From: the human T2T-CHM13v2.0 reference genome, Homo sapiens | Reading direction: 5' to 3' (one strand) | DNA length: 64,000 nt | NCBI RefSeq assembly: GCF_009914755.1 | Contig: NC_060947.1 | Shown here: in pieces, positions 41,188 to 53,569 of the stretch | How the letters are laid out: every line of letters begins with the position of its first letter | Numbering within the stretch: the stretch's first letter is position 1 | The notes under the pieces: model-generated | The model's input: only the letters and a program-made list of their open reading frames with translations | The model's database searches: none | What the model was told of the DNA's origin: nothing | Made by a program: the position numbers and the translations under genes

Positions 41188-41907
41188 CAGTCATGTGTCA
41201 CTTAATGACAGGAATACATGCTTAACAATGTGGGTACTTTCTGAGCAATGTGTTGTTAGGCAATTTAATCACTGTGTAAACATCATGGAGTATTTACACA
41301 AACCTTCATGGTAATAGCCTACTACACACATAGGCCATATGGTATAGCCTATTGCTCCTAGACTACAAACCTGTACAGCATGTTACTGTAATAAGGTAGG
41401 CAACTGCAACACAATGGTATTTGTGTATCTAAACAGAGCTAAACACAGAAAAGGTATACTAAAAAGTCAGTATAAAAGATAAAAAATTGTACACCTGTAT
41501 AGGGCATTTTTCATGAATGGAGTTTGCAGGACTGGAAGTTGCTCTGGGTGAGTCAATGAGTGAGTGGTGAGTGAATGTGAAGGCCTAGGACATTACTGTA
41601 CACTACTGTACACTTTATAAACACTATATACTTAGGCTGCACTAAATTTATAAAAAAAAGTTTCCTCTATAATTAACCTTAGCTTACTATAACATTTTTA
41701 CTTTGTAAACTTAATTTTTTTAAATTTTTGACTCTTTGTGATAGTATTTAGCTTAAAACACAAACACATTGTACAGCTGTACAGAAATATTGTCTTATAT
41801 CTTTACTCTATAAGTATTTTTTCTATTTTTAATTTTAACTTTTAAAAAATTTTTGTTAAAAACTAAGACACAAACACACACATTAGCCTAGGCCCACACG
41901 GAGTCAG
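41188..41907. mobile_element. Tigger3(b)-like TcMar DNA transposon, truncated at one end
   Basis: ta|cagtcatgtgtcacttaatgac TIR; gcctattgctcctagactacaaacctgtacagcatgttactgta. Confidence 0.88.
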
Positions 41908-43539
41908 AAAAAACAGAACTTTAAAGTTTATGAAATTGATTTAAGAATCTATCTAATGTGTATCCAAATAATTACAGAGTTTCTTCTGAATATTAAAGCC
42001 TAACAAAAGTTAGGAGGTTTGAAGCACACCTTTAACATTCAAAACTAGCACTTTAATACATGAGCCATCAAATCCCATGGCCCAAAATGCTTGATCTAGA
42101 TTAATCTGGAAAATTTCTTCAAAAGATTATGTTCTTTATCAATAACGTATATAATTTACTGTATTAAACACATGTGCAAAAAAGTAACAATTTACTATAG
42201 AGAAAGGACATAGGCACAAGTTGAGTGCATTTAGAAAACACACGGATTTACAACCATTGCATTTAATACCAACTTGCTAAAACATGAAAGCTATGAAACT
42301 ACCTTCTTTTTAACTAACACGAAACCTAGAGAAGTTAATTGATCATTCATTCAGTGAGTATTTATGGAGTGGGTGTATAAGCACTGTTCTAAATCTTCAA
42401 TGACCATCCCACCTCCGAGCTTTTTTGAAGAATGACATTCTGTGCTTTAGAGGGATATTGGGAAGCCACTAACATAGTCTGCCCTTCATATTCAGTGGCC
42501 AATTTTAATGTTTTGTATTGTTATAGGCACCAATAAATACAGGCATCTGGGATTGTTGGGGTAGAACTGGGAACTTTCAGGTGAAGTGGGAGTCATTACT
42601 CTGAAACATTGTGAATTTAGAGGGAGCCATTGATAAACTATTCTGATGCTTCATGTGCTTGTAAGATGAGGTATCATTAGGAAAAGCCACATAAAGCTGT
42701 TGCAGCTGTTACATAAAAAGTGGAGATAATTTAATAGAAAATGTCATCCTTTGCAAAATGTTGATTGCCTTTTTTTTTTTTTTCCATAAAGACTTCTCAT
42801 CAGAGGGGCTCCAGCAGCTGCGAGAAGGCATCCCATCACCGATGTTCCAAGATATCCTGGCTTACAAAGCTCTCCATGTGCTGTTTGGCATCAAAAACAT
42901 TCTGCCTCCTTTTCTTTTTTTCTTTCATACTCCACTATGGAATATGGAATGTTTTCTTTCTGTGAGGATAGAGCAAGGACTGGCTTCTTGACATAGGAAA
43001 TTGACTATAAACAAGAAAAACATCTGCTGAAGTCATGAGGTGCTATTTTTCAGTATTCAGGATCAAGGAACCCTAAAGCTATAACAATTCTATAATTCTA
43101 TAATGTTAAAGATTTCTCCTTAACAGATGGTAGTCATTACAAGTTACTGCAGGGCATAACTCTTCAAAGGCTAAGATGAAAATTTGTCCCATGCAAAAAA
43201 GAGAAGAGATTTGATGAAGAAAAGGCAGGGTCAAGTGATTTTTAAATCGTGTTAGAATTCTCCAACTCTTTTGAAAGTTCTATTTTCTCATAATTAGTTT
43301 TAGAAAGGTGACTTAGTCATAAATTTTACATCATAAAAATCACTGGGCTTCAGAAATGTAATAGCTACATGTCTTTACTGAATTCAAAATAATCCCATAA
43401 CTCTTGTCAAATGCTTTTAGAATTTATTATCACTAAAAGGATAATGGTTTATGCTATTTCTGTATACAAAATGCTTCAAATTAAATATATCATGTAGTGA
43501 CATGGTCCAAAACAATTGTCAGTGTCATGCACATATTGG

Positions 43540-43680
43540 GCTCATTAATTCATTTGTTCATTAATTCATTCCTTCTACAAGTATATATTGAGCATCTTTT
43601 ATAATCCCAGGCATTGTTCTAGGTGCTGAAGATACGATTATGAACAAAAGAAACAAAAGTCTCTTTTTTCATAGAGCATA
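43540..43680 (-). mobile_element. L2 3' end
   Basis: ttcattc...tattgagcatc...ccaggcattgttctaggtgctg. Confidence 0.7.
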
Positions 43681-43770
43681 CCACCACTCTGGAAACACAT
43701 GCATACAGACACACACAGACACACATGCTAGTGTTAAATGAAGGAATAAGATACTTTTGGAGTTGCACAG

Positions 43771-44300
43771 TGTGGTAAACAGACTTTAAGGTGGCTCCAA
43801 AGATTCCTACCTCCTGGTATTCATGCCTTTGTGTAATCTTCTCCCCTTGAGTGTGGGCAGGACCTGTGGCTTTCTTTTAAGCAATCTAATGTAACAAAGA
43901 TAATGGAATGTAGGTGATCCTATGTCCTTATTAGAATCTCCCTCCCTCTTTCCCTCTCTCTTTTTCTCTCTCTCTCTGTCTGTTGTTCAATCTCATTTTC
44001 TATCTCTCTCTCTCTCTGGCTTTGAAGAGGCAAGCTGTCATGAATCTTATAGCCTCAGGAGAAAGAATGCTGCCAATGACCTAAGGGAACTTGGGAGCTT
44101 ATCCTTCCCCAGTTGAGCCTCTGATGAGAACTCAGTCCTGGTTGACACCTTGATTGCAGCTTTGTGAGACACTAAGCAAAGGACCCAGGTAAGCCATACA
44201 TAGATTTCTGACCCACAGAAACTGTGAGATAATAAATACCTATTGTTGTAAGTTGCAAAGTTTGTAGTTGGTTATATGGCAGAGAAAAATATTAGAAACA
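43771..44300 (+). mobile_element. MaLR solo LTR (MLT1E/F-like)
   Basis: tgtggtaaacagac start; gacaccttgattgcagctttgtgagac; acccacagaaactgtgagataataaa. Confidence 0.87.
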
Positions 44301-45559
44301 GAATTGTCGTCATGCTTTTGGGCCATAGAGATAACTAACCCTCTAAAATAAAACACCTCAAAGGAATTTCTAGATAATTAGGCTATGTCTTCTGTGAAGG
44401 AATATTTTTAAGAGTATTACATCATTGGGTCAAATATTATTTTGTGTTAACATATTTAGCACACAAGTACTTATGGCCTGTACTAATCTGATGGACTGGG
44501 CCAACCATATAGGACCAGCCTTGTCTTTACCAAATGGACTAATTTATAAACAAGCCCATGCTAGTCCCATTTTTGCTCGCATACAATAAACCAGGACAAT
44601 GGGCTCACTTAAATGACTTAAGTATAATTGTGCTTAATCTGTGTAGACCAATTTACCAAGAACTTTTACTAAACTTATATCATGTAACCTCATACTAAGT
44701 CAGTGAGAGGAGAATTTTCCTCAGCTTTTCAAGGAAACTGAGGCTGAGAGAAGTAACAAACTGCATAGTTAATAAGTGACAGGTGTGACTGAAGCCACCA
44801 AATGTCATCAGAAAATAATGCATGGCTCATTTCATTCCACCATGGCTATGACAGGTACCTGTATAGGAAATTAACTGCTCTGTGCTTGCAGTTTGCCCTG
44901 AGCCAACTGAGCCTATCAGAGCAGACTCTGAGCTGAAGCAGCTCCCTCCTCACTTTTTTACAGGAAATGTAAGCCAGCATCAATACTTTCTTTTCCATCA
45001 GAAACAGCTATAAGCAGCATCCGAACAAAAGGGAATGAACAAAACGGAATATATTCTCCTTAGAGTAACTAAGATAGTAAAAAACATTAGCTATATTAGA
45101 GGCACTGTGCCAGGTACTGGGAATAGAAAAACGGGTAAGAACTCGCCTCTCCTCCTTCCACCACCATCACTAAGAGCTATTAGTGTGGGAGACAGAACTT
45201 ACATCATTTCAGCTTGATCCGTTCAGTCCTGAGAGAGGGGTCTGACTGCAAGACCACTATGGTACCGCAGTGGACCAATGGCTCTACCCTTGGCTTTCAG
45301 AGAAGTTTTCTGAGAGGAGAAGGAGCCTTAATGGAGGTCTGCAAAGCCAAGTAAAGTTTTAATTATGTGTTCCAAGCAAAGGAAATTAGTAGGCAACTTA
45401 GAGAAGCAAAAAGCAACTTGCAATGTACAGGAACTCTCAGCAGTTGAGTGTGAATAATAAATGAAGCATAGGGCATGAAGTAGCCAGAGAGTCAGCAATA
45501 AAATTTATAGATTAAATTGCATGTGTGCCTACTATATGGAAGACTGGTAAGAACCTTAA

Positions 45560-45697
45560 AGACAATCATTTAATTCTAACAACTGAGGTAAGCACCGTTA
45601 GGATCCTCATTTTCCGGATGAAGAAAATGAGGCTCAGAAAGGCAAGTAACTCATACAAGTTCTCACAGCTAACAGCTGTCTGAGTTGACATTTGAAC
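45560..45697 (-). mobile_element. MIR, interrupted by the LTR at 45698 and resuming near 47747
   Basis: ctcattttccggatgaagaaaatgaggctcagaaaggcaagtaact. Confidence 0.75.
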
Positions 45698-45959
45698 TTC
45701 AGGGTCTCAGAAAACGATACCCCAAAATGAAGTCCTCAGAAGCATCTTTCTTGCTTCTCTTACCCTCTTGCTCTGGCCTTCATTTTCCCCTGAAGTAGCC
45801 ATAGAAACTAGAATTCCTCTTCCCTAAGCTGGGCCATAGAAGTCAGAACCCCTTTTCCCCAGAACCAGCCATAAAACCTAAAATTATTACTCTAATTCCC
45901 CACCACCACCCACCTCTTCCTTTGTGTGTAAAAACTGTCTATAAAGAAATTATCTGATT

Positions 45960-47344
45960 CTACCCCCTTTATCATTTTTTATTGCATCTATTTGATTCTT
46001 CTCTCTTTTCTTCTTTATTAGTCTTGCTAGCAGTCTATCAGTTTTGTTGATCTTTTCAAAAACAAGAAATGGGGAAAGGATTCCCTATTTAATAAATGGT
46101 GCTGGGAAAACTGGCTAGCCATATGTAGAAAGCTGAAACTGGATCCCTTCCTTACACCTTATACAAAAATTAATTCAAGATGGATTAAAGACTTAAATGT
46201 TAGACCCAAAACCATAAAAACCCTAGAAGAAAATCTAGGCAATACCATTCAGGACATAGGCATGGGCAAGGACTTCATGTCTAAAACACCAAAAGCAATG
46301 GCAACAAAAGCCAAAATTGACAAATGGGATCTAATTAAACTAAAGAGCTTCTGCACAGCAAAAGAAACTACCATCAGAGTGAACAGGCAACCTACAGAAT
46401 GGGAGAAAATTTTTGCAATCTGCCCATCTGACAAAGGGCTAATATCCAGAATCTACAAAGAACTTAAACAAATTTACAAGAAAAAATCAAACAACCACAT
46501 CAAAAAGTGGGTGAAGGATATGAACAGACATTTCTCAAAAGAAGACATTTATGCAGCCAACAGACACATGAAAAAATGCTCATCATCACTGGCCATCAGA
46601 GAAATGCAAATCAAAACCACAATGGGATACCATCTCACACCAGTTAGAATGGTGATCATTAAAATGTCAGGAAACAACAGGTGCTGGAGAGGATGTGGAG
46701 AAATAGGAACACATTTACACTGTTGGTGGGACTGTAAACTAGTTCAACCATTGTGGAAGACAGTGTGGCGATTCCTCAAGGATCTAGAACTAGAAATACC
46801 ATTTGACCCAGCCATCCCATTACTAGGTATGTACCCAAAGGATTATAAATCATGCTGCTATCAAGACACATGCACATGTAGGTTTATTGCGGTACTATTC
46901 ACAATAGCAAAGACTTGGAACCAACTCAACTGTCCATCAATGATAGACTGGATTAAGAAAATGTGGCACATATACACCATGGAATACTATGCAGCCATAA
47001 AAAAGGATGAGTTCATGTCCTTTGTAGGGACACATATGAAGCTGGAAACCATCATTCTCAGAAAACTATCACAAGGACAGAAACAAATACCACATGTTCT
47101 CACTCATAGGTGGGAACTGAACAATGAGAACACTTGGACACAGGATGGGGAACATCACACACTGGGGCCTGTCGTGGGGTGGGGGGAGGGGGGAGGGTTA
47201 GCATTAAGAGATATACCTAATGTAAATGACAAGTTAATGCATGCAGCACACCAACATGGCACATGTATACATATGTAACAAACCTGCACAATGTGCACAT
47301 GTACCCTAGAACTTAAAGTATAATAATAAAAATAAAAATAAAAA
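45960..47344 (+). mobile_element. L1PA (about PA4-6), 5'-truncated with 5' inversion
   Basis: 17-bp TSD aaagaaattatctgatt (45943-45959 and 47345-47361); antisense ORF2 piece about 45962-46062; sense ORF2 C-terminus, G-rich 3' UTR and A-tail. Confidence 0.96.
46262..47278 (+). pseudogene. L1 ORF2p C-terminal remnant (cysteine-rich domain), frameshifted into the 3' UTR
   Basis: [35 protein letters not shown]...[18 protein letters not shown]; lacks the EN and RT domains. Confidence 0.95.
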
Positions 47345-47844
47345 AAAGAAATTATCTGATTTACCTTGTTTAATTGTAGGTCATAAGAGCCCTAATCAAG
47401 AGAGGGTTCTGTCCCACACCCAGAAGGAAAGAATGTTGCTCAAAGAGGCCAAGAAGAATCCAGACAGAAAGGACGTGCTGGGTTTCCCCACTCAGTCTGT
47501 TGGCATTAGATCATACCTTTTGTCCAATTATATTTCTACAAAGCTATCCATACTTTGTTGAACCTAAGCATAAAAATGGACAGTTTTCCCTGTATCTTTG
47601 GGTCTTTATTCTGATGGCTCCCATGTCATGTAAAAAACTATGATCAAATAAATATGTAAGTCTTTTCTCCTATTAATCTGCCTTTTGTCAGTGATTTTCA
47701 GCAAAACTTCAGACAGCAATGGGAAAGTTTTCCTTTGACCGCTACAGAACCTACATAATTCCAAACTCTTAGCTAAGTCGCATACTGCTGTTCTTCCAGG
47801 TATGAGACAGGTCCGAAGAACATTGTACTTAATTTAGCCAATAG

Positions 47845-48073
47845 CAGGGGTCAGAATTTTTTTTTTTTTTGTAAAAGACAAGATTATAAATATTTTAGGC
47901 TTTGTGGTCCATATGGTCTCTGTTGCAACTACTCGATTGTGCTGTTATAGCAAGAAAATAATCATAGACAATACATAAATGAATGAGCATGGCTGTGATC
48001 CAATAAAACTCTGTGTACAAGATACAGGCATCAGAATGGATCTGGCCCTTAGGTGATAGTTTACCAACTCCTG
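47845..48073. mobile_element. MER58A (hAT-Charlie)
   Basis: cagggg...ctcctg TIRs; 8-bp TSD (g/a)ccaatag. Confidence 0.88.
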
Positions 48074-48301
48074 ACCAATAGAAAACTATTGAAGGGTTTA
48101 AGCAAGAAATGACATGATCAATTTTGGATAGCACTGCTCTAAACAGTCTGATTCATGCCAGAAACATCAACAGGGCATCCAAGTTTGGATTGGATGAAAT
48201 GGCTGCTTCTAGCAAGTGTCAACAACTGAGACTCTATCATGTCTTTTTATACTTTCACTTGTCCCTCATTTCTTTATTTGTCAAATATTTACTTGATGAA
48301 T

Positions 48302-48678
48302 TGTGTTAGTCTGTTCTCACACTGCTAATAAAGACATACCCAAGTCTTGGTAATTTATAAAGGAAAGAGTTTTAATTGACTCCCGTTCAGCACGGCTGGG
48401 GAGGCCTCAGGAAACTTAGAATCATGGCAGAAGGGGAAGCAAACACGTCCTTCTTCACATGGTGGCAGCAAGGAGAAGTGCTGAGCAAAAGTGGGGAAAG
48501 CCCCTTGTAAAACCACCAAATCTTGTGAGAACTCACTCACTATCATGAGAAGACCAGCATGAGGATAACTGCCCCCATGATTAAATTACCTCCCACCAGG
48601 TCCCTCCCATGACACGTGGGAATTATGGGAACTACAGTTCAAGATGAGATTGGGTGGAGACACAGCCAAACCATATAA
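48302..48678 (-). mobile_element. THE1 (C/D-like) solo LTR
   Basis: tgtgttagtc...ccaaaccatataa; 5-bp TSD tgaat. Confidence 0.93.
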
Positions 48679-48689
48679 TGAATATTCAT

Positions 48690-49510
<821 letters not shown>

Positions 49511-49895
49511 TTAAAGGATCTGGGGTCTGGTTTAAGGTGTGGATTTCAGTGTGGTATCCTGATCAAGACTGAGCAGTTTGTAACATAATGGTTTAAGATT
49601 GGTAGACACAAGGTCTTGAAGCACGCCTTGGTAAATAAACCGTTTAATATATAAATTGTTTTTCAGGAGAGCAGGCTGTTGTCTCAGATAAAGTGACTTG
49701 TAGGAATTTCCTGAAGCGAAGACTGAAACTATTTATTGGTTTGCAGTTTTATCATCCCTGGGAAAGGTTTTTTTTGGAACAAATAACTAAGTCATGTTGA
49801 CACAGATGATCTTAGCTCTTAGTCCTAATTGCTGTGTCATATTGATATAGTTGGATGCATTTCTCACATATTGCATCATGATATGTACAAGTGAT

Positions 49896-50240
49896 TGTCT
49901 TAGTCTGTTTGTGTTGCTATAGTAGAAAACCACCGACTAATAGACTGAGTAATTTATAGCAAATAGAAATGTATTGGCTCCCAGTTCTGGAGGCTGGGAA
50001 GTCCAATAACAATGTGCCACCATTTGGCAAGGGTCTTCTTGCTGCACCATCACATGGAAGAAGGGAAAAGAGAAAGAAGAGGGCCAAACTTGCCCTTGTA
50101 TGAAAGGTATTAGTCCTACTTACGAGGGCAGAGCTCACATGCCCTAATCACTTCTTTAAAGTTTCATCTCTTAATACTGTAACAGTGGCAGTTAAATTGC
50201 CATATGAGTTTTGGAGGGAACAAACATTCAAACCATAGCA
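49896..50240 (-). mobile_element. MaLR solo LTR (MST/MLT1A-like)
   Basis: tgtcttagtc...caaacattcaaaccatagca. Confidence 0.85.
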
Positions 50241-50408
50241 GGTACATTTCAAAGTACAAGGAAGAGACTCCAGTGCTAATACACTGAGCACCTATGTGAG
50301 GTCTTTTCCAAGCATCATCTAATTTAGTCTTTACAACATTCTTATATGGTAGGTACTAGGTTCAAAGATTCTACCTGAGAAAACTGAGGATCTGAGAGTT
50401 AACATGCC

Positions 50409-50784
50409 TGTCATAGTCCATTAATCTTGCTATAACAAAATACCACAGACTGGGTAATCTATAAATAATAAAAATTTATTTCTCACAATTCTGGAGGCTG
50501 GGAAGTCCAAGATCAAGATGCCAGCAGATTCAGTGTTAGGTGAGTGTTGCTCTCTCTGTGTCCAAGATGGTGCCTTCTTGCTGAAGCCACATGTGGCAGA
50601 GAGCAAAATGCAAAAGGACCTAGCTTGTTCCTTCCAGTCCTTTTACAAGGCACTAATCCATTCATGAGGGCAAAGCTCTCATGGCCTAAGAAACTTTCAA
50701 AGGCCAAACATCTTAACACTGTTACATTGGGGATTATGTTTCAACATAAATTTTGGAGGGCACACAAACATTCAAACCATAGCA
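50409..50784 (-). mobile_element. MaLR solo LTR (MST/MLT1A-like) inserted in a MIR
   Basis: tgtcatagtcc...caaacattcaaaccatagca; perfect 5-bp TSD atgcc. Confidence 0.88.
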
Positions 50785-50970
50785 ATGCCCAAAGTCACAT
50801 AATTAGAAAGTGACATAACCAGAATTAAAATCCAAGTCATTTTTTTTCTCCAAAGTTCATATACTTAGCCACTGTAAGACACGGCCTCCTATGAACCAAA
50901 ACAATACGCAGTGTATTTTCAATCTTCAAAGGAAACTTGTCTGAAATTATGGGAAACTTCTTAGTCCTGG

Positions 50971-51393
50971 TGATAGTTGCAGGAGGCAGCTAAGGGAGGA
51001 TCCCTGGAGAATCTCCCAACCACCCCACAAGTGTTTACATCAGATGCTTTTATGCACATGAGAGAACCTGCCCAGGCCCTTGTCTGGACATGCCCACAAT
51101 GGACTGGGGGCCGGCCTGCTCACTGGAAGCATGGGGTGGAGCCACTGGGGATTCGTTCCTTATGCAGTGGGGAGGAGCGTGGCCTCTTCAGGTTGTGTGT
51201 GTGGTGGCCTGGCATTCAATCTGTGAGGTGGATGCGTGTTGGAAGGACCCCTTTTGGTTTCTTTTTGCTCAGAGCTTTCTTTTAATAAATTCCGCTCTCC
51301 TCACCTTTCAATGTGTCCGTATGCCTAATTTTTCCTGGTCCTGTGACAAGAACCTGATTTTAGCTGAACTAAGGAGCGAAAGATCCTGGATCA
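50971..51393 (+). mobile_element. ERV1 5' LTR (MER61-like)
   Basis: TG...CA ends, AATAAA at 51284-51289, immediately followed by a PBS and internal sequence. Confidence 0.8.
51076..51095. promoter_or_regulatory. p53-family response element in the LTR
   Basis: GCCCTTGTCT-GGACATGCCC with zero spacer, 18/20 match to RRRCWWGYYY x2 with both cores intact; a third half-site GAACCTGCCC at 51064-51073. Confidence 0.6.
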
Positions 51394-51396
51394 TTT

Positions 51397-51414
51397 TGGT
51401 GACCCATACTGGTA
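51397..51414 (+). other. Retroviral primer-binding site, tRNA-Ile-like
   Basis: tggtgacccatactggta versus TGGTGGCCCGTACGGGGA (14/18, reference from memory), 3 nt after the LTR. Confidence 0.6.
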
Positions 51415-51907
51415 CATGAGGAAAGGTGAGTAAAATGCAGACCAAAAAATGTTTGTCCCTTTTGTTTCTGAGACTTTTTGTCCTTGGACTTCTTCTGAGG
51501 GTAAACTGTGCCCCACCTCGTTGCTCTCAGGGGTCAGCAGTGTCAGTCTCAGTCCAATCCAGAATTTCTATGGCATTTTCCTTCTTTTTTTGAGACTGTA
51601 CTGGCACCTATCCTTTCTTTTACAATATTGGGGGTGTTTCACCCCCACCCCAATGGCTGCAGGCATGACTCCCTGCTCCCCTCCCCTCCCAGGTGGGGCT
51701 GGAGCACATGGCCCAAGGCCCCCACGTGGCAGGCTGGCCAGTGTTCCCCACCACACGTCCATGATGTCTTCCCCTCACCTGGCCTCCCCTCCCCTAGCTG
51801 AGGGGTCCAGCTCTGAGCCCCAGGGAAGAAACAGCAATTAAGTTTTTCTCCCTGTTGGAAGAAACCATTTACATAAGAACAAGCAGTTCTTTCCCCAGGC
51901 ATCTTTC

Positions 51908-52258
51908 TGATATGATTTGGCTGTGCCCCACCAAAATCTCATCTTGGATTGTAGTTCCCATAATACCCAAGTGTTGTGGGTGGGACCCTGTGGGAGATAA
52001 TTGAATCATGAGGGCAGTTTCTCCCATACTGGCCTCATGGTAGTAAATAAGTCTCACAACATCTGATGGTTTTAAAAGGGGAAACTCCTTTCACCTGATT
52101 CTCATTTTCTCTTGCCGCCACCATGTAAGAGGTGCTTTTCACTTTCTGCCATGATTGTAAGGCCTCCCCAACCACATAGAACTGTGAATCCATTAAGCCT
52201 ATTTTTCTTCCCAGTCTTGGATATGTCTTTATCAGCAGTGTGAAAACAGACTAATACA
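51908..52258 (+). mobile_element. THE1 (B/C-like) solo LTR nested in the ERV1 internal region
   Basis: tgatatgatttggctgtg...gactaataca; perfect 5-bp TSD ctttc. Confidence 0.94.
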
Positions 52259-53569
52259 CTTTCCAACTCTGCACTTTAAGCTGTTTTTTTCTTTTCTCCA
52301 CTAGGCCAGGCATTAACTTTTATGTGACAGGCTTTTTTATTTTCCTTTTAGAAGACGTTTGACTAGGCCAGGATCCCAACTATCACTGTTTATATTCTCT
52401 GTAAAGTTTTAATTATATTTAAAAAAAAAAAGGATTTTTGAGGTTGGTCTTAAGCTATACTCAATCTGGTGTGTTTTGCATATTTTTCTTTATGGTTCTG
52501 TCGGAAAGAGGGGTACCTTAGAATGGGATGTAGGCCTAGGATTACATAGGTCCACTGTTCAAGCCCAGCAAACTGGTCAGTAGCAAACTTTGCTGAAGGC
52601 CTCCATCTTGTTTTAAATTATTGGGAGTGTGACCTGTAACCACATGGCAATGCTTTGTTTCAGCCTCCACCATTTACAGCGGTGGCCCAGGTTCAATCCT
52701 GGCTTAGGGAATGAGTCCTTTCTGGTTTGATATCTGTGTGACCTTTGCCATTTGTCAATTCTCTTCCCCTCCATGAACCACCTTGTATTTTCCTTTCTTG
52801 GAGTAGTTGGGAGGTTACCTTTGGTAAAGTTCAAAAGCCAGAAATATTGGCCACTTGGCATGGCTAAAGTCGGGTAATAAGGGACTTAAAAGGATTTTCT
52901 TAAAGAGCACTCAGCTTAATTAAAAGTGGATATCCAAGTTATGGGTATATTTAAAAGGACTTTATGGTTTTCTCTTCTTGGATCTTGTTTTGCTGGGAAA
53001 AGGTTTTTTTCTCAGTCGACTGAACTCCATTTTGCCTTGCCACTCTTACTGAATGCATGAGAGGTTCTAAGATAATTTCTGATGGCCTGGGACTCTTGGG
53101 AAAAACAGAAAAGGTACCACAGATTCAATTTTTAGAGACACCTGTTTTCCTTATGGAGTGCCAGGAATTAGAGGTGTATAGATCCCTCCCAAAATCTGTT
53201 TTTGTCTTCCAGCTACACTTGTTTATTAGACCCTAGAAACTACATGCTTTCCTAGCCTTGCTCTTAAAGGGCTCCACCCAGAAGCCAATAATGCAATTAG
53301 GAGATTGGCAAAGGAAAAATTTTATAGCTACTGGATCTTCTTCTGCCTGTCTGTGTGGTTATACATGTGTTGTGTGTGTGATGTCTATAAAAAAGAGCTC
53401 TAATTAATTGACTTAAAGAAGGATGAGCGCTTGGATGAAATATTTTTGAAAGGGAAGATAAAAGCTACGGTACTTTTTAGTTCATGTGACTTTAATCTTT
53501 CAGAAATAAAAACAGCCCAAAAGATTATTGGTAAAATGCAGATGTTGTCAAAATGTAAATTTCTGCCTA

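Larger units (their letters stand above)
45698..47746 (+). mobile_element. ERV1 solo LTR (MER39-like) split by an L1PA
   Basis: gggtctcagaaaacgataccccaaaatgaag start, ...gctaca end; 4-bp TSD gaac at 45694 and 47747. Confidence 0.8.
51394..53569 (+). mobile_element. ERV1 internal leader region (MER61/MER4-group int), truncated, no 3' LTR
   Basis: PBS, splice donor AAG|gtgagt at 51425/51426 and typical leader sequence; stops abruptly at the L1. Confidence 0.75.

Noticed and set aside
46262-47278. 338-aa ORF, the longest in the window, as a host gene
   Set aside because: It is the C-terminal part of L1 ORF2 in a truncated L1PA, with no promoter, EN or RT domain.
49896-50784. Two similar MaLR LTRs as the ends of one provirus
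   Set aside because: The sequence between them is MIR, and the second LTR has its own TSD (atgcc), so they are independent solo LTRs.
50977-51902. Cluster of GC-richer ORFs as gag or a small gene
   Set aside because: They lie in the LTR and leader, and show no gag major-homology region, zinc knuckle, protease or RT motifs.
52670-52715. tRNA-like stretch (ggcccaggttcaatcctggcttagggaa)
   Set aside because: It is a short T-arm-like segment within the ERV1 internal sequence, with no full cloverleaf.
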